Part shown: positions 53,240 through 59,951 of the stretch, in pieces
Layout: the number at the start of each line of letters is the position of its first letter
Position numbering within the stretch: the first letter of the stretch is position 1
Assembly: GCA_027451625.1 (NCBI GenBank)
Contig: DAIDIY010000011.1
Coordinates: 1-59,951 of the forward strand
Direction of reading: 5' to 3'
Origin: Candidatus Daviesbacteria bacterium
GTDB lineage: Bacteria > Patescibacteriota > Microgenomatia > Daviesbacterales > UBA10151
Length of the DNA: 59,951 nucleotides
Position numbers and translations under genes: made by a program
Notes under the pieces: generated by a model
What the model was told of the DNA's origin: nothing
The model's input: only the letters and a program-made list of their open reading frames with translations
Database searches by the model: none

Positions 53240-54679
53240 ATGGCAGTAGATTCATTACAACAAGAACGCTTAAAAAAATTAGAAGATTTAAAGAAAGAGG
53301 GGATCAATCCTTATCCTGCAAAAACTGGTATTAGACAACAAATTTCTCAGGCGAGAAATCAGATTAATGAGCGTGCAGCTGTGGCAGGCAGGATAAGATC
53401 TATAAGACCTCATGGGAAGATTACTTTTATGGATGTAGAAGATCTTTCAGGAAAGATACAACTCCTTTTTTCTCAAATTGATCTGACTAAAGAAAAATAT
53501 CAGATACTAAGTGATTTAGATGTTGGAGATTTTATTTGGGGTGAGGGAGAAGTATTCAAAACTCAAGCTGGAGAAATAACCATCAAAATTTCTGATTTCC
53601 AATTATTAACCAAATCATTATTGCCAATGCCGACGGAATATTTTGGGTTAAAAGATATAGAGACTAGGCTACGAAAAAGGTATCTAGATTTAGCTGTTAA
53701 TCCTGAAACGAAAGAAATGTTTTTTAAAAAAGCTAGGTTTTGGAACAGTATTCGAGAATTCCTATTAGAGAATGGGTTTGTTGAGGTAATGACACCAGCT
53801 TTAGAGGCTATCCCTGGAGGAGCAGAAGCTAGGCCTTTTATAACTCATCATCATGCTTTGAATAGAGATTTTTACCTTCGTATCTCTTTGGAACTTTACC
53901 AAAAAAGGCTTTTGGTAGGTGGCTTCGAGAAAATATTTGAAATAGGAAGGGTGTTTAGAAACGAGGGAATAGATGCTGACCATTTGCAAGATTATACGCA
54001 AATGGAGTTTTATTGGGCTTATGCAAGTTGCGATAATCTAATCTCATTTTCTCAAGAATTATTTCAGCAGATAATTCTAAAAACTATGGGTAGCTTAAAG
54101 ACTAAATATCAAGGAGAAGAAATCGACTGGAGTGGAGATTGGCCTAGATTAGATTATGGAGAAGCTTTTTTTAAAGAAACAGGCATAGATTTAGATAAAG
54201 AAGTAAGTCTAAAAAAACTTTATGACTTTGCAGAAAAACACAAAATTTCAACAGAAGAGGAGATGGGAATAGGCCGACTGATAGATAGTATATATAAGAA
54301 GGTTGTAAGACCAAAAATAATTCAACCAACATTCTTAATTAATCACCCAGTCTCTGTTTCTCCCCTTGCTAAAAGGAAAGAAGACAATCCTCAAAGGACT
54401 GAGAGAATGCAGATAGTCGCTGGGGGATCGGAACTCTGTAATGCTTATTCGGAGCTAAATGATCCACTTGATCAACTCAAAAGATTTGAAGAACAGCAAA
54501 GTTTGAGAGAGAGAGGTGATGAAGAAGCACAGATGTTAGACTACGATTTTATTGAAGCTCTAAAATATGGTATGCCTCCAGCTGCAGGATTTGGTATGTC
54601 AGAGAGACTATTTTCGTTCTTGATGGATAAACCAATCAGAGAAGTTGTATTTTTTCCTGTAATGAAAGAAGAAAGATAG
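53240..54679 (+). CDS. lysS: lysine--tRNA ligase (class II)
   Basis: N-terminal OB anticodon-binding domain (GRIRSIRPHGKITFMDVED). Motif 2 region RVFRNEGIDADHLQDYTQMEFYWAY. Motif 3 region GMPPAAGFGMSERL. Confidence 0.95.
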   Translation: MAVDSLQQERLKKLEDLKKEGINPYPAKTGIRQQISQARNQINERAAVAGRIRSIRPHGKITFMDVEDLSGKIQLLFSQIDLTKEKYQILSDLDVGDFIWGEGEVFKTQAGEITIKISDFQLLTKSLLPMPTEYFGLKDIETRLRKRYLDLAVNPETKEMFFKKARFWNSIREFLLENGFVEVMTPALEAIPGGAEARPFITHHHALNRDFYLRISLELYQKRLLVGGFEKIFEIGRVFRNEGIDADHLQDYTQMEFYWAYASCDNLISFSQELFQQIILKTMGSLKTKYQGEEIDWSGDWPRLDYGEAFFKETGIDLDKEVSLKKLYDFAEKHKISTEEEMGIGRLIDSIYKKVVRPKIIQPTFLINHPVSVSPLAKRKEDNPQRTERMQIVAGGSELCNAYSELNDPLDQLKRFEEQQSLRERGDEEAQMLDYDFIEALKYGMPPAAGFGMSERLFSFLMDKPIREVVFFPVMKEER

Positions 54680-54699
54680 AGAAGTTTTTCAATTAACAT

Positions 54700-55284
54700 A
54701 TGGATCGAACTGAAGCGATAATAGTATTAAATGAGATGCTTGAAAACAAAAATTTGGTGCGGCATTGTTTGGCTGTAGAGGCTATCATGCGCAAATTGGC
54801 GATCGTAATGAAACAAATGCATCCAGAGTTGCCGGAAGTAGAGTTTGATGAAGATGAATGGGGATTGGTTGGGTTACTGCATGATGCAGATTATGAAGTG
54901 ACAAATAAAGATCTTCAAACACATACTGATATAATTGTATCTAAACTATTAGAAAAGGGAGTCTCTAAAAGAATTATTAATGGAATTTTAGGTCATCATG
55001 AGCTCAAAAAACCAAACAGAGAAAATTTTTTAGAAAAAGGAATTTATGCGGTAGATGAACTATCTGGACTAATTACAGCGTGTGCTTTGGTAAGACCAGA
55101 TAAAAAATTATCATCTTTATCTTTGGAGTCTGTAATGAAAAAATTTAGACAGAAGGATTTTGCAGCAGGAGCATTAAGGCATCAAATCTTAAAATGTGAA
55201 GATGAATTAGGAATTCCTTTGGAAGAATTCGTCAGTATCGCACTTGCAGCGATGCAGAGTATTTCAGAAGAGTTAGGACTATAA
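54700..55284 (+). CDS. HD-domain metal-dependent phosphohydrolase (COG2316-like)
   Basis: H...HD signature RHCLAVEAIMRKLA...GLLHDADYE, then GHHE and a conserved DELSGLI segment. 194 aa. Confidence 0.7.
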   Translation: MDRTEAIIVLNEMLENKNLVRHCLAVEAIMRKLAIVMKQMHPELPEVEFDEDEWGLVGLLHDADYEVTNKDLQTHTDIIVSKLLEKGVSKRIINGILGHHELKKPNRENFLEKGIYAVDELSGLITACALVRPDKKLSSLSLESVMKKFRQKDFAAGALRHQILKCEDELGIPLEEFVSIALAAMQSISEELGL

Positions 55285-55302
55285 ATAATAATTTATTATT
55301 TT

Positions 55303-56589
55303 ATGCTGGACATTAACTATATAAAAGAAAATATCGATATCGTCAGAAAGGCCATCAATCAAAAGCACTCTCACGCGGATTTAGATCAGCTTTTGTCGAT
55401 TGATGAGAAAAAAAGAGAGCTAGTGCGTAAAATCGATGAATTAAGAGAGCAAAGAAATATAGCAGCTAAGAATAAAAATATTGAACAAGGTAAAAAGATA
55501 AAAGAGACGCTAGCCATTTTAGAACCTCAGTTAAAAGAGATTGAAAAAAAATTTTTTGATTTAATGATTTTGATCCCAAATATTCCTTTGGATAATGTAC
55601 CGGAGGGTGAAGATGAATCTGAAAATAAAGTAATCCGTAAATGGGGGGAGATAAAAGAATTTTCATTTACTCCTAAAAGCCATATCGATTTAGGTGAGAG
55701 TTTAGATTTGATTAATACCAGCAAAGCAGCGGAGGTCACAGGATCGAGATTTGCTTATCTTCTAAACCAAGCAGTAATTCTTGAGTTTGCTATTATTTCT
55801 TATACTTTTTCTGTATTACAAGATACTCAAATCTTAAAATCTATTGCTCAAAAAATTGATCCTAATATCAGCATAAATCCTTTCATACCTGTTCTGCCTC
55901 CAGTTATGATTAAACCAGATGTCTATATTAAAATGGGAAGATTAGATCAATTTCAAGCAGAAGATAGATATTATCTTCCCAAAGACGATCTATATCTAAT
56001 AGGAAGTGCTGAACATACATTAGGTCCGCTGCATATGAATGAGGTTATCTCTGAAGATAGGCTTCCTTTGCGATATATTGGATTTTCTACTAGTTTTCGA
56101 AGGGAAGCTGGTTCATATGGAAAAGATATCCAAGGCATTCTTCGTATGCACCAATTTGATAAAATAGAGCTTGAGTCTTTTTGTCTTCCGGAAAACTCAA
56201 AAAAAGAACAAGACTTTATTGTCGCTATCCAAGAATATCTTGTACAATCTTTAAATCTTCCATATCACGTAGTTGAAATATGTACAGGAGATATGGGAGG
56301 ACCTGATGCGCGACAGATCGATATTGAAACTTGGATTCCTTCTCAAAATAAATATCGAGAGACTCATACCTCAGATTTAATGACAGATTATCAAGCAAGA
56401 AGATTAAATACTAAAGTTAAAAGGAAAGATGGTAAGGTAGAGTTTGTTCATACAAATGATGCTACTGCGTTCGCACTGGGCAGAATATTAATTGCTATTT
56501 TTGAGAATTATCAACAGGAAGATGGTTGTATTTTTATACCTGATGTGCTGAAACCATTTGTTAACTTTACTAAAATTTCTCCTAAATAA
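55303..56589 (+). CDS. serS: serine--tRNA ligase
   Basis: N-terminal coiled-coil arm. Motif 2 STSFRREAGSYGKDIQGILRMHQFDKIE. Motif 3 region NDATAFALGRILIAIFENYQ. Confidence 0.95.
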   Translation: MLDINYIKENIDIVRKAINQKHSHADLDQLLSIDEKKRELVRKIDELREQRNIAAKNKNIEQGKKIKETLAILEPQLKEIEKKFFDLMILIPNIPLDNVPEGEDESENKVIRKWGEIKEFSFTPKSHIDLGESLDLINTSKAAEVTGSRFAYLLNQAVILEFAIISYTFSVLQDTQILKSIAQKIDPNISINPFIPVLPPVMIKPDVYIKMGRLDQFQAEDRYYLPKDDLYLIGSAEHTLGPLHMNEVISEDRLPLRYIGFSTSFRREAGSYGKDIQGILRMHQFDKIELESFCLPENSKKEQDFIVAIQEYLVQSLNLPYHVVEICTGDMGGPDARQIDIETWIPSQNKYRETHTSDLMTDYQARRLNTKVKRKDGKVEFVHTNDATAFALGRILIAIFENYQQEDGCIFIPDVLKPFVNFTKISPK

Positions 56590-56593
56590 TTCT

Positions 56594-59500
56594 TTAGTAA
56601 TTTCTTTGCGATTTATTAGAAGGGATCTTTCCTAAGAAGACAAGAATTGCTATATATAGGGCTACAAATATAAGACCTGCAAGAGGAATATATTCGAGGA
56701 TGTCAGGCCAAAAAAATATAAAAAGCTGGCCTTTTTGACCCGGATTTATTATCCATCCATTTTCCCAGCCATTAATTTTAACGTGTGTTCCAATATTTGC
56801 TACCCATCCTTGATCATAGGCTTGATTTAATACTAATACTCCTTTAGAAGTTGAAATGTTATTAAATCTGACGGTAAACAGATGAGGAAGAATCTGAGTA
56901 TAGGTTAGCTGAAGATGATTAAGTGAATGTTTAGAAGTATTTTTTATATTAGTTAGGAAGTTGAATGGGAAAGGAATAACTTGTATATCTTTAATACGGT
57001 TTATAGTTTCAATATCACCTGCAGAATAGTTATCAAAGTGAATATCATAACCTATTCCACCATCATTCATAGGCGGGATTAAGATAAAGTTTTGTTTAAA
57101 CTGGTTATTTTTGGGAACAGATGTATATATGTCACATCTTTGACTAAAGTTATTAGCAACGCATAACCTTAAAGGTAGCCCTGTCATATTTTGGCTAGTG
57201 ATTGAAAGTAAATATCCGACGTTGTGAAGTAGGTTTGGAAGAGAAAAATAATCGCAGGTAGAACCTGATATTGAGTCAAATTGAATGTATTCGTTGTTGA
57301 TTAAAGACTGTGATGATTTTAGCGGAGATTGAAAACTACATCGACTATCAATAGTTCTATTGGAGAGCAGACTCTTGTTTAAATTGGCTATATCTAAAGC
57401 TGGAACTATTAGGGGATGATTTAGATCTAATTCATTGTGGATTTCTTTTTTATATATATCAGTGGGAGTAAGTGTAAAAATTTTTATTGGCTGAATAGTG
57501 GATACTTTAATTCCCTGATAAAAAGCTGTATCTGATGTTAATGATCCTTGATTATCTAGATAAAAAGTAAGTTGCAGGAGATTCGTATCATTGGGATTTA
57601 ATAAATAAAAATAATTGACGTGTTTTCCGTTGTTAATATATTTTTCATCTAAAAGACATCTTTTAAGAAGAATATTATATAAACAGAAATGGCCGCCTTC
57701 CTTGGCATTGGTTTTGACGGTAAAAGAAACATGTAGGATAGTTTTGAATTCGTTGACATCATTACTGCTTATAATTTCATTAAGAGGAACTTTTATACAC
57801 CCGTTAGCATTTTGAGAGATGATCTTTACAGTTTGATCAGAAAGTATTTTAGCTCCCACGAATTGATCCGGATAATAACTCCCGCATATCCCAGTAAAAA
57901 AATTTCTAAAGGGCGTACCTAATGTAAGGTTTTTCGAAGTATTATACAAAGCAATATTGTTATATGAATTATTACTTAAAAATATTACTCCTTGGTCAGA
58001 GAACACATCAGAAATATTTTTTAACATAATTGTTTGATAAGGATTTACATTTAAAAGCCAATTCCCATCTGAGGGTGGGTTAATGGGTATTGAGTATCTT
58101 AAAGTCATATTTTGCTGTTTCTGTGCAGATTGTGGAAGTTCTAGATTCAAATTTAAGTCTAAATTTTTATTACTTTCTTTAACAAAGACTTTAGATGGGG
58201 TTGCTGCTTCATTCAAAAAATAATTGTCCAAAGGGATTTGAAAATTAGTTGCCATATTTGAATCAAACCATATATTTTGATTCTTCATCCAAACTTTATT
58301 AGTATCAATGACATTCATATTATTAGACAGACTCATAAATGGATAATCAATACCTTGCTTTATGTTTTGACTTTGAATATATGTTCCTGAGTCGAGATAT
58401 AGATTATCTATGTCTACAGGGTTTGAATTATTATTTGTAAAGACAAAAGAAGGAGGCGTAAAGATTTGATTTTTTGGCTGTAGATTATTAGTAAATTGAT
58501 AAACGAAAATATTATCAAACTTTTTAACAAGAAGTATTTTTTTTGATTGTGAAAGTAGTGATTCAATATTATTAATAGAGATTTTTGTACTATCTGAAGG
58601 AGTATTATCAGGAGAAAAAATATTTTGATCTAACACTAAATAATTAATTCCATATTTTTGTAAAACTTTTTCTAGAAGAGAGATATTTTGAGAATAGATT
58701 GCATATGAAAATTGGCGGAAATAATCTTCGTTACTGGGATTCCATCGATCATAATCTCTATCCATTATAGATTGTTTGATTCCAAATGAAACAAATTGTG
58801 CTCCCTGAAATCCCCAGCGATAATAAACCCACCCCCAAAATGAAGGTATGGGTAAGAATGCTACGCGGCCTGATCCTGGCTGGTTATCTAAGTAATTAAA
58901 GAGTTTAAAATAAGCTGTAGGAATTTTGACTTGCATATACTGCGAGATTAATTCTCCTTGGAAAAAAGGCCAGCAATAAATTACCAGCCCCAAAGATACT
59001 AGTATCAGCTGGACTTTAAGAAAGTAGAAAATTATCCTTTGATGTTTACCAATAATTTTTTTAAACATTGTATAGAGTAAATACTGACCTGAGGCAAAAT
59101 AACAGCTGAAACAGAAAAATAAAATAATAGCAAATTTGTCATAAGGGAATCGAAGAGCTTCTTTTAAAATTGTTGAATGTTCTCGGAGAAAGTCAAAAAT
59201 GATATTAAATGGAGGACTGGCATTAATAATAAATAATAGTGAGATAATAAGAGGAGGAAGGAGAACCTTTAAATTTGTTTTCTTAATAAAAAAAATTGTA
59301 GATATTCCAAATATAGAGATAGAAGAGGCAAGATATCCTAAGATAAGGATCTGAGGATTTGATAGATGTTTTTTCCAATCACTAAATAGATATTCAAAAT
59401 TTTCTTTTTGATTATATATTGTCCAATTAAAAAGGAAATTTTTAAAGATAAGTGTATCTGCTATATTACCAAAAGTTTTATTTTGATCAAAAGCTTCCTC

Positions 59501-59866
59501 TGAAAAGATTTGGTTTGTTTTTGCTAGCGGTATTTTAGATGCATTTCCAGAAAATAAGAAATATAGATTAGGGGCCAGCCAAAATGAATTTATAAAAAGA
59601 GTCACGAAAATAAGTATAAGAATTTGTTTGAACTTAGATTTAAGAAAAAAAACTAATAATGAAAGAAAAACTAAAAAGTATGCAAACCATAAAGTTGAAG
59701 CATAAGCCATAGGGGCTGCCAATAGATTAATAACGGAAAACAGAATAAGAGATGATCTTGATGGTTTTTTTAGGTAAACAAGGCTTAAAAGAAATAACCA
59801 AGGCAAAAAAGCGAAACAGACTGTGAACATCTCGAAAGGTAGATAGAATTGTTGAAGTGTGCCCAA
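56594..59866 (-). CDS. giant polytopic membrane protein with a ~750-aa extracytoplasmic domain and a C-terminal TM anchor (GT-C / AftD-like candidate)
   Basis: 1090 aa. About 10 N-terminal TM helices, a long Asn/Ser/Ile-rich ectodomain, and a final TM segment IPLAGLIFVALYIAILVFLG. TTG start at 59866, with an in-frame stop upstream at 59912-59914. Confidence 0.5.
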   Translation of the reverse strand: MGTLQQFYLPFEMFTVCFAFLPWLFLLSLVYLKKPSRSSLILFSVINLLAAPMAYASTLWFAYFLVFLSLLVFFLKSKFKQILILIFVTLFINSFWLAPNLYFLFSGNASKIPLAKTNQIFSEEAFDQNKTFGNIADTLIFKNFLFNWTIYNQKENFEYLFSDWKKHLSNPQILILGYLASSISIFGISTIFFIKKTNLKVLLPPLIISLLFIINASPPFNIIFDFLREHSTILKEALRFPYDKFAIILFFCFSCYFASGQYLLYTMFKKIIGKHQRIIFYFLKVQLILVSLGLVIYCWPFFQGELISQYMQVKIPTAYFKLFNYLDNQPGSGRVAFLPIPSFWGWVYYRWGFQGAQFVSFGIKQSIMDRDYDRWNPSNEDYFRQFSYAIYSQNISLLEKVLQKYGINYLVLDQNIFSPDNTPSDSTKISINNIESLLSQSKKILLVKKFDNIFVYQFTNNLQPKNQIFTPPSFVFTNNNSNPVDIDNLYLDSGTYIQSQNIKQGIDYPFMSLSNNMNVIDTNKVWMKNQNIWFDSNMATNFQIPLDNYFLNEAATPSKVFVKESNKNLDLNLNLELPQSAQKQQNMTLRYSIPINPPSDGNWLLNVNPYQTIMLKNISDVFSDQGVIFLSNNSYNNIALYNTSKNLTLGTPFRNFFTGICGSYYPDQFVGAKILSDQTVKIISQNANGCIKVPLNEIISSNDVNEFKTILHVSFTVKTNAKEGGHFCLYNILLKRCLLDEKYINNGKHVNYFYLLNPNDTNLLQLTFYLDNQGSLTSDTAFYQGIKVSTIQPIKIFTLTPTDIYKKEIHNELDLNHPLIVPALDIANLNKSLLSNRTIDSRCSFQSPLKSSQSLINNEYIQFDSISGSTCDYFSLPNLLHNVGYLLSITSQNMTGLPLRLCVANNFSQRCDIYTSVPKNNQFKQNFILIPPMNDGGIGYDIHFDNYSAGDIETINRIKDIQVIPFPFNFLTNIKNTSKHSLNHLQLTYTQILPHLFTVRFNNISTSKGVLVLNQAYDQGWVANIGTHVKINGWENGWIINPGQKGQLFIFFWPDILEYIPLAGLIFVALYIAILVFLGKIPSNKSQRNY

Positions 59867-59951
59867 GTTAAAGAGATAAAAAAGTGCCCCTAAGAATGAA
59901 AATGTGCTGCGAATTTTTTTAGGAATGTAGTGAAGGAATGAGATTTGTAGA

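Noticed and set aside
1-59951. Alternative genetic code (UGA or UAG reassignment, as in some candidate phyla).
   Set aside because: Long conserved genes (mutS, lon, nrdJ, lysS, serS) are uninterrupted under the standard code. TGA and TAG terminate genes at positions matching the expected family lengths, for example rpiB ending at the TGA at 9227-9229 and the tktC-to-next-gene junction.
1-59951. CRISPR arrays, cas genes, prophage or integrase modules, restriction-modification or other named defence systems, and rRNA genes.
   Set aside because: I found no regularly spaced direct repeats, and no integrase, recombinase, terminase, capsid, methyltransferase or Cas-like motifs in any ORF. The only mobile-element trace is the IS30 remnant. 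A by-eye scan cannot exclude short or degenerate repeats.

Overview
This is an AT-rich (roughly one-third GC by eye), gene-dense bacterial chromosome segment. It reads cleanly with the standard genetic code, with no sign of UGA or UAG recoding. I support about 60 protein genes, 2 tRNAs (Gln-CUG and Glu-CUC, both on the minus strand), one IS30-family transposase remnant and a few promoter or operator candidates.

The ORF track translates TTG and GTG starts as M, so I moved several starts to the first plausible downstream ATG. All starts are provisional.

The gene content suggests a small-genome Patescibacteria/CPR (Microgenomates-like) organism. The relevant features are a split transketolase, a LacD-type class I aldolase, an FAD-linked D-lactate-dehydrogenase-like oxidase, a class II RNR with NrdR, an LPXTG sorting signal, a CxxC-x17-CxxC protein, many single-pass proteins with Ser/Thr/Pro linkers, and weak Shine-Dalgarno usage. 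This placement is inference only.

Core blocks:
- A translationally coupled sugar-phosphate operon (8.8-15.4 kb): rpiB, rpe, a LOG-family gene, split tkt, an NDH-2-like gene, a PfkB kinase and a LacD-like aldolase.
- A DNA-repair supercluster (28.5-38.7 kb): ruvCAB diverging from an EndoQ-like PHP nuclease, a UvrD-like helicase, mutS and mutL.
- nrdR, nrdJ, a DUF2267 gene and a cobalamin adenosyltransferase (39.6-43.6 kb).
- lon, ppa, a two-component system with a cupredoxin-like gene, msrB-msrA, lysS, an HD hydrolase gene, serS, and two GT-C-like giant membrane proteins.

Accessory and odd regions:
- 1-8 kb holds an LPXTG tail, ORF-free decayed DNA, an IS30 remnant, and CYTH, NUDIX, RelE/RHH toxin-antitoxin and GNAT genes.
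- 19.2-27.2 kb holds a divergent cluster of orphan envelope proteins built around a divergent LCP-like protein. This cluster is my best candidate for an undescribed system.

I saw no CRISPR array, prophage, integrase or rRNA. Nothing here was checked against databases. All family calls rest on motifs read by eye.
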